Below are positions 12,466 through 22,884 of a stretch of 64,000 nt of DNA, in pieces. Positions within the stretch are counted from its first letter, which is position 1, and each line of letters starts with the position of its first letter. The position numbers were made by a program, and so were the translations under genes. Origin of the DNA: an uncultured Gemmatimonadales bacterium (GTDB lineage Bacteria; Gemmatimonadota; Gemmatimonadetes; Gemmatimonadales; GWC2-71-9); NCBI GenBank assembly GCA_963842945.1, contig CAWJIM010000005.1:96001-160000 (forward strand), in the 5' to 3' direction. The notes beneath the pieces are model-generated. The model was not told the DNA's origin. It saw only the letters and a program-made list of their open reading frames with translations, and searched no databases.

Positions 12466-13599
12466 TCACGGCCCTCGCAGGTTGAGCATCTCCTCCGCTC
12501 GGCGGTCGCGCTGCCCAGCGGCATCATAAATGGCCGTCACGCGCCCGCCGGTCTCCACCACACCGAACAACCGATAGCGCGGTATCTCGCCGACCACCTT
12601 GGGAACCGGTGCGCGCAACTGCCACCGGACTGGGACCCAGGCTCCGTCGGGAAGACGGCCAAACCGAATCTCACCGCCCGCGCTTCCGGGCGGCGCCCAC
12701 CGTGGTCGGGCGACGAACTGAAAATCGAGTGAGTGGAGCGCAAGGGAGCGTCGGTCGAATTCGAGCGAGCCCTGGAGCGCGGCGGTCCCGTGAGTGCCTT
12801 TGGCAGGCTTGAATCGGGCGACAACCGAGCTGTTGTCATCAGGGCGATCCGACGTCTCCACTGAAACACAGTGGGTTCCCAGGAACCAGTCGGTGAACAA
12901 GACCCGGGCGTCGGGACCGAAGTAGGTGGGGCCGTTCTCCGGTCGATCGTTGATGGGGCTCGGCGCCGGCCAGTCACCGTGCACGAAGCCCGTTTTACGG
13001 AGGCTGTCGGGATCGGCGCTTTGGATCGGCCAGCCGGTCAGCCGATCCTGCACCACGACCGAATCCTCTGGAGGTCCAACTATAGGTACGACGCGCCGGT
13101 AGGTCTCGGTCTCGTAGCTCCGCTTCCCCCTGCTTATCTCCGCCTCGGCCAGAGCCAAAGAAGTCTGGGCCGCCTGCAACAGGTTAGCTCCCAGGCTGGC
13201 ATCGCCCAGGGTTATCGCGCAGTTCGGCCGACTGGCCGACGCGCTCAGCTCGTGCAGCTCGAAAGGCCGGTCGGGCACCCGCAGTGTCCGTTGTGAGGTC
13301 TGGTTCTCGGTCAGGTCGAAGGTGGAGGTCTCCCAACCGCGCTGACCGATCTGCTGGACTCGAAGACGATACCGGCCCGGCTGAGGCGCCCGGAGCTGAA
13401 AGCCACCGGTTGGACTGGTCACAGTTCGCGCCCGCTCGTGCCCGCTGTCATCGAGCAGGACGATGAGCGATTCCAGCAGCGGAGATCCATCGAGCTCGCG
13501 GACCGCCCGGCCGACCACCTGCTGGGCCGCCAGATGGTGGCTGGTAAGAAGGAGGGCAAGGGCCCCGCCATAGCGGCGGAGTTGCTTCATCATCAGCAT
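12466..13599 (-). CDS. Secreted protein with carboxypeptidase-regulatory-like (CarboxypepD_reg) N-terminal domain
   Basis: Signal peptide then VVGR...GGFQL..PGRYRLRV..IG pattern; true start inside ORF 12466..14304. Confidence 0.7.
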   Translation of the reverse strand: MLMMKQLRRYGGALALLLTSHHLAAQQVVGRAVRELDGSPLLESLIVLLDDSGHERARTVTSPTGGFQLRAPQPGRYRLRVQQIGQRGWETSTFDLTENQTSQRTLRVPDRPFELHELSASASRPNCAITLGDASLGANLLQAAQTSLALAEAEISRGKRSYETETYRRVVPIVGPPEDSVVVQDRLTGWPIQSADPDSLRKTGFVHGDWPAPSPINDRPENGPTYFGPDARVLFTDWFLGTHCVSVETSDRPDDNSSVVARFKPAKGTHGTAALQGSLEFDRRSLALHSLDFQFVARPRWAPPGSAGGEIRFGRLPDGAWVPVRWQLRAPVPKVVGEIPRYRLFGVVETGGRVTAIYDAAGQRDRRAEEMLNLRGP

Positions 13600-13620
13600 A
13601 ATGTCACGTATCTTGATCGA

Positions 13621-14631
13621 GTGGCAGAGCCGAAGCGTTCCAAGACTGCGAGTGAGGCAAAGCCCCGCCGCAAGAAGAAGGCGGCGGCGGAGCCGCGCTC
13701 GCGGGGCATTCCGCCCGACGCAATCAGTTCGGGAACTCCTCCCGCCGCGCTGACCCGGCTGGCCGAGGCGGTTCAGGCCGATGGCGGCACGGTGCTCGCT
13801 CCCTACAAGGATCCATTGGGAGGGAACTGGCAGCTCTTCGCCGCGCTGCCGATCGATCTGGTGGAACCCACTCCCTATCAACGCGATCTCTCCAAGCCTC
13901 ACGTCGAGCGCCTCTCCGCTGCCATGGATCGCCTGGGTCGGTACCTGGATCCAATGATCGTGGTGCGGGGGAGCACAGGTGGGGAAGGGGACGACGCGAA
14001 ACATCCCTACTGGACGCCCAACGGCAATCACCGGCTCGCCGCGCTGAAGCGCCTGGGGGCGCGCTCGGTGGTGGCGATTGTGGTGCCGGATATCGAAGTG
14101 GCGCACCGGATCCTGCTGCTCAACACCGAAAAGGCCCACAATCTCCGGGAGCGCTCGCTGGAGGTGATCCGACTGGCCGAGCTGCTGGCTCAGACCGAGA
14201 GTCGGCCCGAGCGAGACTTCGAGATCGAGTTCGAAGAGCCGGCGCTGCTCACCATCGGTCTGTGCTATCAGGAGAACGGCCGATTTGCCGGCGGCGCCTA
14301 TCATCCCGTGCTGCGGCGCGCGGAAAAGTGGCTGAGCTCGCCCCTGCCGAAGGCCCTGGAGGCGCGGCGGGAGCGGGCCGCCAGAGTGCTGGAGCTGGAT
14401 CAGGCGGTGACCGAAGCGATGAAGCGGCTGAAGGAACGCGGCTTCGACAGCCCCTATCTTCGTCCGTTCGTGGTCGCCCGGATCAATCCCCTTCGCTTCA
14501 AACGGGGCGGCAACCCGGACGTGGACGAAACCCTGGATACCATGCTCGCGGCAGCTCGCCGCTTCGATGCCGGACGGGTCCGCGCCGATCAGCTCGCCAA
14601 GGCAGGCGGGCCCACCGATGATTCGGGGTAG
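13621..14631 (+). CDS. ParB/Srx N-terminal-domain protein
   Basis: IDLVEPTPYQRD, PMIVV, TPNGNHRLAALKRLG, LLNTE ParB-like motifs; GTG start 13621. Confidence 0.75.
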   Translation: MAEPKRSKTASEAKPRRKKKAAAEPRSRGIPPDAISSGTPPAALTRLAEAVQADGGTVLAPYKDPLGGNWQLFAALPIDLVEPTPYQRDLSKPHVERLSAAMDRLGRYLDPMIVVRGSTGGEGDDAKHPYWTPNGNHRLAALKRLGARSVVAIVVPDIEVAHRILLLNTEKAHNLRERSLEVIRLAELLAQTESRPERDFEIEFEEPALLTIGLCYQENGRFAGGAYHPVLRRAEKWLSSPLPKALEARRERAARVLELDQAVTEAMKRLKERGFDSPYLRPFVVARINPLRFKRGGNPDVDETLDTMLAAARRFDAGRVRADQLAKAGGPTDDSG

Positions 14632-14638
14632 TACCTTC

Positions 14639-14723
14639 GCTGCCCCGCTGCCCCGCTGCCCCGCTGCCCCGCTGCCCCGCTGCCCCGCTGCCCCGCTGCC
14701 CCGCTGCCCCGCTGCCCGCTGCC
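14639..14723 (+). repeat. GCTGCCCC octamer tandem array (9 perfect + 2 degenerate copies)
   Basis: Read directly between the ParB-like gene and the next gene. Confidence 0.95.
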
Positions 14724-14761
14724 TACCTATACTTGCGTCTTACCCTGAGGAGACGGTGAAC

Positions 14762-15733
14762 ATGCGTCCCTATTGCTCCAGCACAACAGGCCTCACCTAC
14801 GCCGCCCTGATCCTGGGCCTCGGCGCCTGTAAGGCGCCAGAGAAGCGAGCCCAATCCGATAAAGCGCTGGCCGAGTCTGCCGCGGTGTACGAGGAAGTAG
14901 CGGCCCGGTTCCGCAAGGTAGGAGAAACCGCCAACCTGCAGGGCCCCGAGTCGGCCCGCTACGATCGTGATCTCGATGTCTGGTTCGTGTCCAACGTCAA
15001 CGGCACTCCAACGGCCAAGGACAACAACGGCTACATCAGCCGGCTCCGGCCCGACGGCACGCCCTACAACCTCAAGTTCATCGAAGGTGGGAAGAAGGGC
15101 GTTACCCTGAATGCACCCAAGGGGCTGTCCATTATCGGGGATACCCTCTGGGTGGCGGACATCGACTTTGCCCGCGCATTCAACAAGCGCACCGGAGCCG
15201 CCCTGGCTAATGTGACCATCCGCGGTCGGGTGAGGTTTCTGAACGGTGCCGCGGTCGGCCCCGACGGTGCGGTGTACATGACCGATACCGGAATTGCCTT
15301 TGGTCCCAAGGGTGAGCTCTCTCATCCCGGGCCGGATCAGGTCCTGCGGATCACCCGAAGCGGGGCCACGGTCGCTCTCAGCTCTCCCACGCTGGCCGGC
15401 CCCAATGGGATCGTCTGGGACTCCAAGGAAAATCGATTCGTGATCGTGTCCTTCACCGGTAACGGGATCTTCGGATGGAAGCCGGGCGACAAGGACTTGA
15501 AATCCCTGGGAACCGGCCCCGGCCAGCATGATGGGGTGGCTGTGCTGCCCGACGGCCGGATTCTGGTGACCAGCTGGGCGGATTCGAGCCTCTTCGTGTT
15601 GGACCACGGCAAAACGAGTAAGGTGGCAACGGGCATCGCGTCGCCGGCGGACATCGACTTCGACGAGAAGGACTCCCGGGTAGCCGTTCCGCAGCTTCTG
15701 CTGAACAAGGTTCAGTTCTGGGAGGCACCATGA
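14762..15733 (+). CDS. SMP-30/gluconolactonase-like beta-propeller lipoprotein
   Basis: Lipobox LGAC; GPES, LNAPKG, FLN, GPNGI, DG, PADI propeller motifs; AGGAG RBS. Confidence 0.8.
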   Translation: MRPYCSSTTGLTYAALILGLGACKAPEKRAQSDKALAESAAVYEEVAARFRKVGETANLQGPESARYDRDLDVWFVSNVNGTPTAKDNNGYISRLRPDGTPYNLKFIEGGKKGVTLNAPKGLSIIGDTLWVADIDFARAFNKRTGAALANVTIRGRVRFLNGAAVGPDGAVYMTDTGIAFGPKGELSHPGPDQVLRITRSGATVALSSPTLAGPNGIVWDSKENRFVIVSFTGNGIFGWKPGDKDLKSLGTGPGQHDGVAVLPDGRILVTSWADSSLFVLDHGKTSKVATGIASPADIDFDEKDSRVAVPQLLLNKVQFWEAP

Positions 15734-16548
15734 TGCATCTGGGTATTCGTGGCGCCGCCTCTTATGCCCTTGTTGCTGTCCTAGCCGCGGTCTTAGGCGC
15801 GGCGGGGATGTGGCTGCAGGGGACCAAGAGCCGGCCCCCGACGGCGCTCGACCCGGTTACCACTCACGGCGAATGGGTAAAGATCAAGAAGGGCAACGAA
15901 ACCATCCGGGCATACGTCGCCTATCCCGAGCGCAAGACCAAGGCGCCGGCGGTGATCGTGATTCACGAGATCTTCGGATTGACCGATTGGGAGCCCACAG
16001 TGGCCGACCGGTTGGCCAAGGAGGGATTCGTGGCGATTGTGCCCGACCTGCTCTCGTCCAAGCATGGACAGTCGCCCAAGGATCCGGACGAAGGCCGCAA
16101 GCTGGTGGGTGAGCTGGAGCCGGACCGGGTCACGGCGGATCTGAATGCAACCTACAGCTACGTGAACGGCCTTCCCGCGGTCGAGAAGGATCGCATCGGG
16201 ACCATTGGGTTCTGCTGGGGCGGCGGCCAGAGCTTCCGCTACGCCACCAACAATCCCAACCTCAAGGCTGCCGTTGTGGCCTACGGCCCCGCGCCCGACT
16301 CCGCCGACATCAAGCGGATCCAGGCTCCCGTACTGGGAGTCTACGGCGAAAATGACCAGCGGATCACCGGCAGCTTGCCGGATGTGGCCGCCAAGATGCA
16401 GTCGGCCGGAAAGACATTCAGCTACGAGGTCTACCCCGGCACCGGACACGGTTTCCTCAAGCCCGGACGGCAAGGGTCGGATACGCCGCAGGTGGATCGG
16501 GCCTGGAAGCGGATCCTCGAGTTCTACCGGGCGCGGCTGGGGAAGTGA
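15730..16548 (+). CDS. Dienelactone hydrolase-family protein
   Basis: IHEIFG, GFCWGG, GENDQR, HGF motifs. Confidence 0.92.
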   Translation: MMHLGIRGAASYALVAVLAAVLGAAGMWLQGTKSRPPTALDPVTTHGEWVKIKKGNETIRAYVAYPERKTKAPAVIVIHEIFGLTDWEPTVADRLAKEGFVAIVPDLLSSKHGQSPKDPDEGRKLVGELEPDRVTADLNATYSYVNGLPAVEKDRIGTIGFCWGGGQSFRYATNNPNLKAAVVAYGPAPDSADIKRIQAPVLGVYGENDQRITGSLPDVAAKMQSAGKTFSYEVYPGTGHGFLKPGRQGSDTPQVDRAWKRILEFYRARLGK

Positions 16549-16553
16549 ATGAT

Positions 16554-16626
16554 GTGAACGGCAAACGGTGAACAGTGAACGGGGATAAGAGGCTCGCCCG
16601 TTTACCGTTTACCGTTAACCGTTTAC
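16554..16626. repeat. Palindromic heptamer repeat element (4x GTGAACG-like, spacer, 4x CGTTTAC-like)
   Basis: Read directly; can fold as a long imperfect hairpin. Confidence 0.85.
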
Positions 16627-16635
16627 GCTTTTCTG

Positions 16636-18225
16636 ATGCTTTTCCTCCTCCTGCTACAAACCGCGTCGCCTCTCGCCGCCCGGGCGGACACCATTCGCCC
16701 GGTGCACGATGCTCTCCACTACGACATCACCCTGGTGCCGAGCGATACCGGTCACCATGTGCTGGCGGAAGTACAGACCACCTGGCGGCTGCGCTCCGCT
16801 GAGCCGGTAGGGATGGAGCTGGATTCCGCCATGCGGGTCGTCCGCGTGCTGGTGGACGGCAAGCCGAACACCCGACTCTCCCGAACGCTGTACGCCAGGT
16901 CCGAGGGGGAGATCGAGGTGCCCCACCAAAAGTCCGCTGGCGATACGCTGACCACTCGGGTGCGGTATCACGGGTCGGTGCGCGATGGGCTGATCATCGG
17001 CGCCAACCAGTACGGAGCGCGGACCATCTTCGCTGACAACTGGCCCGATCGGGCCCACCTCTGGCTCGCCTCCCAGGATCATCCCAGCGACAAGGCCACC
17101 GTGGCCTTTCACGTGCAGGCCTCGGTCAACGATCAGGTCATCGCCAACGGAGTGCTGGAGAAGATCGACACGTTAGCGTATGGGAACGTGGTGTGGCACT
17201 ATCGAATGGATCGGCCGATTCCGGTGTATACCATGGTCGTGGGAATCGGCCGCATGGCCCGAACCCGGTTGCCGGATGGTGAATGCCAGCAGAGCTGTGT
17301 TCCGGTGACCGTATGGACCTACCCGGAAGACTCGGCGTATGCCCTGAAGGACCCCTTTCGAAGAGCGGCGGACATCCTCCGCTACTACAGCGAGCTGGTG
17401 GGCCCGTTCCCCTACGCCAGCCTGGCTCACGTCGAGTCGAGCACCCGGTTCGGCGGTATGGAGAACAGCACCGCCATTTTTTACGACGAAAAACGCTACC
17501 GCCAGCAGAACCTGGGTGAGCCGGTCGTCGCCCATGAGACCGCCCATCAGTGGTTCGGAGATGCGGTCACCGAGGGCGACTGGCATCACCTCTGGCTGTC
17601 GGAAGGCTTCGCCACCTATCTGGCGGCGCTCTGGCGGGCTCACGCCGACGGCGACAGCGCATTCAGGGCGGGCATGCGCCGGATGGCCGATGAGGTGTTC
17701 GAGTCCAAGGAGGTCGGACAGCCCATTCTTGACACCACTGCCAGAGACCTCGTCGGCCTGCTCAACACTAACAATTATCAGAAGGGCGCCTGGGTCCTGC
17801 ACCAGCTGCGGGGGGTGGTGGGAGACTCCGCGTTCTTCTCCGGTCTCCGTCGCTACTACAGCGACTTTCGCGACAGCACCGCACTCTCGGCCGACTTTGC
17901 CCGGGTAATGTCGGAGGCCGCCGGCCGGGACCTCGATTGGTACTTTCGCCAGGCGCTTACGCAACCAGGCTATCCGATGCTGGAGCTGAAATGGAGTCAC
18001 AAGGGAAAGAAGCTGACCGTCGACATCACCCAGACCCAGCCCGCCGAGTGGGGAGACTTTCAGATTCCAAGTTTGATCCTGCTGGTGGACGACATCCCGG
18101 TGCGGCTTCACGTCAAAGGCCGGCAGACTCGCCAGATCGTTGAAGGCATCCCCCGCAAGCCCAAGCGCATCGAGGTGGATCCCAAGGGCTGGTGGCTGCT
18201 GAAGGCGACAGTCCGTGAGCGGTGA
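16636..18225 (+). CDS. M1-family zinc aminopeptidase
   Basis: GGMEN, HETAHQWFG, WLSEGFATY, YQKGAWVLH. Confidence 0.95.
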   Translation: MLFLLLLQTASPLAARADTIRPVHDALHYDITLVPSDTGHHVLAEVQTTWRLRSAEPVGMELDSAMRVVRVLVDGKPNTRLSRTLYARSEGEIEVPHQKSAGDTLTTRVRYHGSVRDGLIIGANQYGARTIFADNWPDRAHLWLASQDHPSDKATVAFHVQASVNDQVIANGVLEKIDTLAYGNVVWHYRMDRPIPVYTMVVGIGRMARTRLPDGECQQSCVPVTVWTYPEDSAYALKDPFRRAADILRYYSELVGPFPYASLAHVESSTRFGGMENSTAIFYDEKRYRQQNLGEPVVAHETAHQWFGDAVTEGDWHHLWLSEGFATYLAALWRAHADGDSAFRAGMRRMADEVFESKEVGQPILDTTARDLVGLLNTNNYQKGAWVLHQLRGVVGDSAFFSGLRRYYSDFRDSTALSADFARVMSEAAGRDLDWYFRQALTQPGYPMLELKWSHKGKKLTVDITQTQPAEWGDFQIPSLILLVDDIPVRLHVKGRQTRQIVEGIPRKPKRIEVDPKGWWLLKATVRER

Positions 18226-18264
18226 TCGGTGAGACCAGTTACCGCGTTACCGTTTACCGCTCAC
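18215..18264. repeat. Palindromic heptamer repeat element (GTGAGCG... CGCTCAC)
   Basis: Same unit family as 16554 element. Confidence 0.65.
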
Positions 18265-19027
18265 GCTCGTGTGTTTACTGTGCTCGCTTGCGGCACGCTG
18301 CCCCCGCTCCGCGACAAGATCGATGTCGGCCGTGAGTCCTACGCCATCTTCGTGGGAGGAAGCGGAATCGGTGGAGATCTGTACGCGGTGAGGGCCGACG
18401 GTGGGCCCGCCTACCAGATCACCTACACCACGGTGCCCGAGCTCCGGCCGGCGCTTTCACCCGACGGCGCACAGGTGGCGTTCTTCCGCGGGCTCTCGTT
18501 GCGCGACTCGACACCGGCCAGCGTGTGGGTACTCAACCTGTTGAATGGAGCGGATCGCGAGCTCCGCTTACCCAAAGATGCCGGACTCCCCGAGCGCATC
18601 GGCTGGAGCTCCGACGGAAAGACATTGCTGGTGAAGACCAGCCAGAGCCTGTACCGCGCTGGAGGCTCCACCGGCCAAGCCCAATCCGAGGAGCGTCCCG
18701 CCCGAGGAACGTGCAGCGGCGGAGTCGAGTCTCGCCGTGCTTCTGGGAGATCCGGTCTTTGCCCGCGTCGTTCCCTGTCCCCGAAGGGAAGACCTCTGCG
18801 TCATCCCCCGCAGCGGCCGTCCCGGTATTTTGGCTCAGGCAGCAAGCGATCCGGTGCGCTGGGGCAATGACTCAGTGGCGTTCTTCACCGGTGAGCTCCT
18901 GCAGATCCGACCTCTCGCCAAGGGAAGACCTCGCCTCCTGCATTGGTCGGAGGTCCCCGCCCGGCCGCGACAGGTCACCTACTTCCAGGGCTCAGCCACT
19001 CCGTCGCAGACGCCGGATCAGATGTAA
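18229..19027 (+). CDS. TolB-like/PD40 repeat lipoprotein, frameshift near 18690; true start probably slightly downstream
   Basis: Lipobox-like VLAC, PALSPDG..VAF, WSSDGK motifs; continues in ORF 18737..19027. Confidence 0.6.
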
Positions 19028-19126
19028 GCTGCACACCCGTCGCTCGATCCCTCACCTATTGAAGGTCCATGCGCTCCCCGGCTACTTTCCGGGGCTTTTC
19101 TCTGTTCACTCTTTGTGGGGTGTTTG

Positions 19127-20269
19127 ATGAAAATGCTGGTCCTCGGCGCAGGTCTTCAGGGCTGCGCCTGCGCGTACGATCTGCTGCAGAATCCTGCAAT
19201 AACCCAGGTGACCCTGGCCGACCTGCGGCCCGCCAAGTTGCCCAAATTCCTGGCCGGTGACTGGAACGGTCGTCTTCGCACGATCCGGCTCGATGTCTCC
19301 GACTCGGCGGCCGTGCGGGCGGCGTTTGCGGGGCAGGCTGCGGTCATGAGCGCCATTCCCTACTACTATAACGGCCCGATGGCGCGGGCCGCGGTCGAGG
19401 GCGGTTGCCACTTCTCCGATCTGGGAGGAAACACCGAGATCGTACTGGAGCAGAAGAAGCTGCACCAGCAAGCGGAAGCCAAAGGGATCTCGGTAATTCC
19501 CGATTGCGGGCTCGCGCCGGGGATGGTCAACATTCTGGCGGCGGAAGGTATCCGCCGGCTGGATAAGGCGGAGAAGGTGAAGATCTTCGTCGGCGGCCTT
19601 CCCCAGGCCCCCGAGCCTCCGCTCAACTACCAGATCGTCTACTCGCTGGAGGGAGCTCTCGATTACTACACCACCCCCTCCTGGGTGCTGCGCGGTGGCC
19701 GGCCGGTGCAAGTGGACGCCCTGAGTGAGGTCGAATCGGTGGAGTTTCCCTCTCCCGTTGGGACCCTCGAGGCCTTTCACACCGGAGGCGGCATCAGCAC
19801 TCTGCCCTTTGCCTACCAGGGCAGGATCGATGTCATGGAATACAAGACGCTGCGCTATCCTGGCCACGCGGCGGTGGTGCGCCCCATCCGTGAGCTGGGT
19901 CTTCTGGCCAACGAGCCGATCGAAGTCAAAGGGAGCAAGGTGGTCCCGCGCGACGTCTTCATCGCTGCGGTGAGCCCCAAGCTCTCCAAGCCAAACGGTC
20001 GCGATCTGGTCGCCCTACAGGTGCAGGTCACCGGAGCCAGGCAGGGTAAGGCTGCGTCCGTGACCTTCCGGCTGCTCGACTACTACGACGCGCAGCACGG
20101 CATCAGCGCCATGATGCGGACCACCGGGTATTCTCTCTCGATCACCGGGCAAATGCAGGTGGACGGCCGGGTTGCCGCCAAGGGAGTTCACACGCCCGAC
20201 GAGGCTATCCCGTTCCGGGATTATGTCACTGAGCTGGGCAAACGGGGGATCAGGATCGAGGAGATCTGA
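19127..20269 (+). CDS. Saccharopine dehydrogenase / lysine 6-dehydrogenase-family protein
   Basis: VLGAGLQG Rossmann, DLGG, DCGLAPG, VGGLPQ, LEAF, YKTLRYPGH, MMRTTG. Confidence 0.9.
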   Translation: MKMLVLGAGLQGCACAYDLLQNPAITQVTLADLRPAKLPKFLAGDWNGRLRTIRLDVSDSAAVRAAFAGQAAVMSAIPYYYNGPMARAAVEGGCHFSDLGGNTEIVLEQKKLHQQAEAKGISVIPDCGLAPGMVNILAAEGIRRLDKAEKVKIFVGGLPQAPEPPLNYQIVYSLEGALDYYTTPSWVLRGGRPVQVDALSEVESVEFPSPVGTLEAFHTGGGISTLPFAYQGRIDVMEYKTLRYPGHAAVVRPIRELGLLANEPIEVKGSKVVPRDVFIAAVSPKLSKPNGRDLVALQVQVTGARQGKAASVTFRLLDYYDAQHGISAMMRTTGYSLSITGQMQVDGRVAAKGVHTPDEAIPFRDYVTELGKRGIRIEEI

Positions 20270-20327
20270 ACGGAACTATTGCTGAGATCCCCGTGTTGGA
20301 GGAGACGTGGCACTCATGGGAGAGGGC

Positions 20328-20865
20328 ATGCTGGATTTCAGGAAGTTGTGGCAGGAAGCGCTGAGCGTTCGAGGCATTCGTGGCTTCGTGCAAAGCCGAG
20401 CAGTGTGGATTGTGGCAGGGGGTGTATAATCTGGCCCGGGTTCCGGATTGGGCCCTGAATGCCGTCCCGTCGGGCGCCGCCCGCAAGCTGCTGGTCATTG
20501 CCGAGGATTGGTGCGGGGACGCCTCCAATACCGTGCCGGTGGTTGCCAAGCTCGTTGATGCTGTTCCCGGGCTGGAGCTCAGGGTGATCCTGCGCGACGC
20601 CAATCCCGAAGTCATGGACCGGTATCTCACCAATGGGTCACGCTCGATTCCCGTCGTCATCGCTCTGGATGAGAACTATCGGGAGCTCGGCCACTGGGGC
20701 CCCCGACCCACCGAGCTGCAGGCCTGGGTGATGGCCAATCGCGCGACCATGCCCAAGACCGAGCTCTATCCCAAGGTTCGGAAGTGGTATGCCAAGGACC
20801 GGGGCGAAACTACGCTGCGTGAGGTGCTGCAGGCTGCGGGATTTTCGGTGGCGAAGGTGGCCTGA
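20328..20865 (+). CDS. Thioredoxin-family protein (WCGD type), frameshift near 20365
   Basis: EDWCGDA, RDAN, RSIP, WGPRP. Confidence 0.85.
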
Positions 20866-20871
20866 GGCCTC

Positions 20872-22064
20872 CTAGAACATCCACCCGGTTCCGACCGAAG
20901 GATTAAACCCGTCGGGACCGCCCGCGAAGTTGAAGGTAAAGATCGTCGAGCGCAGAATTCGGAGCCCTACTCCGCCGCCCCCACCCACTTTTACTTCGTC
21001 CAGTCGTCAGCTTGAAGCCTTCGTCCTCGAAGACCCGTCCGGCGTCCACAAAGCCCAGCAGGGTGATAGCCCCGAGATCGCCAAAGGCGATCAGGTCGTG
21101 ACGGACCTCCAGATTCCCGAACAACGCGTCCTTGCCCGTAAAGCGCCCGGTGTCGAACGACCGGTGGGAGTACTGGCCGCCCAGAACCGAGATCTGGTCT
21201 TCCCACGGCTGGGATGATGTACCGGGCATTGAGGGTGGGTGAGCCTCCCATGCCCGATCCCACCAGCCGCGCCGCGACCACCGTCCCCTCCCGAATGGGC
21301 TGACGTAGCCCCGAAGCACGGTATACAGGCGGGTGTACCCACTGAGACCCGACCCCGCTTGGGCACCGACTTCAAGCAGCACGCCACGATGAGTGTTGTA
21401 CTCGAGGTCCCGGGTGTCGTAGACCAGGGCGAGCCTGCCCGTCACGTCATCTTCCTTCCGTTCCGGCCCAAAGTCCGACTGGAAGAGCGATGGTCCTGGC
21501 AGCGTGGTGAAGCGGGTCCACTCGATATTGCGCCTGGAGGGCAACCTGCCAGGGACCCCGGATCCGGCGGGTCGCCTCAGACCTGTCCGCCATAGCGAAT
21601 GCGTCGAACCCGGTAGAGGAACGGATTGGCGTCGGTAACCAGGTCATCATTCTTCACCGTCTCGTTGCCCACTCCGAAGTACCCGAAGCGAGCCTCTCTT
21701 CCTGCCGCGGCAAGCGCCTTCAGTCGCCAGTTGTTCCACAGCTGCGGCGCCCGGAACCGGGCGACGATGTAGCGGCTGCCGCGTGACGTGAACCCGGCTT
21801 CGCCGGTGATCGACGCGTTGTTGACGACCCGATCCTCGTATTCCGCCGCCTGGAAATGATGAACCCGGAAGGCCAGAACCGGCCCGTCGTTAGTGCCGCC
21901 CGTGAGGTAAGGGAAAAAGCTGGTACGCCAGGGAATGTCGCTGTCACTGTCCTGAGCGCGTACGCCCTATCACTCTCCTGAGCGCGTGCGCTATCAGTCT
22001 CCTGGGCGCATACGCGCCCAACGCTGAGCAGTGCGAGCAACACAACGATGGAAGCAATTCGCAT
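20872..22064 (-). CDS. BamA/TamA (Omp85 surface-antigen) family outer-membrane protein, several frameshifts
   Basis: Signal peptide, YFGVGN, YDTRD, LGG..S.R....GRF.G, GFVDAGRVF, terminal WMF across several partial ORFs. Confidence 0.75.
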
Positions 22065-22194
22065 CGGCCTTCCGTGGAGCAAGAGCCTGGTGACCTACTC
22101 TGCGGGGATTTAGGCCCCGCACCAAGCGAAAGTCAACCGAGGGCGTAGGTTCTCGCTGCTTGCTGCCCCGGAAGTCGCTTCCTAACTTGTCGGC

Positions 22195-22884
22195 TTGAGC
22201 TCCTCGCCTGTCAAAGACGGCGTCGATCCGCTGGGGATCGATTCTCCCGCTGCAGACCGCTGGTCTGAGGAACCCTTCGGTCTGGTTCGCCTGGCCGTGG
22301 GCAGCGTCGCCCTGCTGGGGACCATCCTGGCGGTGGTGCTGGCAGTGGTCACTCACGACGCCCGCATGCTCCAGTTGGTCGGCGCATTGTGGGCGGTTTA
22401 CGGCTTGACCGTTGGATTTCTCTCCGGAGTGCTGGAACCAGTCCTCGACGGTTTGTTCCAGCTCCTTGTCAACGCAGGCCTCACCCCGGTGGGTACCGGC
22501 TATTCCAGCATCGAAACGCTGGCGATGCAGGGCCATCATCAGGCCGCCGCCGAGGCATACGCGGAGCGGGCCCGGAATCCCGGCGAGAGAGTCGAAGCCA
22601 CGCTGCGCCGGTCTCAGCTTCTTGCCGGGCCGCTCCACGAGCCGGAGAGCGCCGCAGTCGAGCTGGACAGTCTGCGGGCTCATGCGCTCACGGCCAGGGA
22701 GGACGTTCGGGTCGGACTGGCGCTGGTGGATCTCTACGAGAACCGGCTCGACAATCCGGGGCGCGCCATGGCCGAGCTCCGGCGACTCATCGATCGATAT
22801 CCTACCGGACAGGGTGCTCGACAGCTCAGGGCCGCGCTCCGCGAGCTCAAGTCGCAGCGCTATCCCGACCTTCCATCAGTCTGA
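22195..22884 (+). CDS. Hypothetical membrane protein with TPR-like C-terminus
   Basis: Two TM segments then helical region; stop overlaps next ATG. Confidence 0.6.
   Translation: MSSSPVKDGVDPLGIDSPAADRWSEEPFGLVRLAVGSVALLGTILAVVLAVVTHDARMLQLVGALWAVYGLTVGFLSGVLEPVLDGLFQLLVNAGLTPVGTGYSSIETLAMQGHHQAAAEAYAERARNPGERVEATLRRSQLLAGPLHEPESAAVELDSLRAHALTAREDVRVGLALVDLYENRLDNPGRAMAELRRLIDRYPTGQGARQLRAALRELKSQRYPDLPSV

Noticed and set aside
13600..14304. Long antisense/overlapping ORFs (e.g. 5' part of 12466..14304, 9533..10768, 57113..58411, 59393..60769)
   Set aside because: Shadow frames of real genes in high-GC DNA with no protein motifs
14639..14723. CRISPR array or coding repeat (PLPRCPAA in ORF 14567..15733)
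   Set aside because: No spacers or cas genes; the real CDS starts at ATG 14762 with RBS and lipobox
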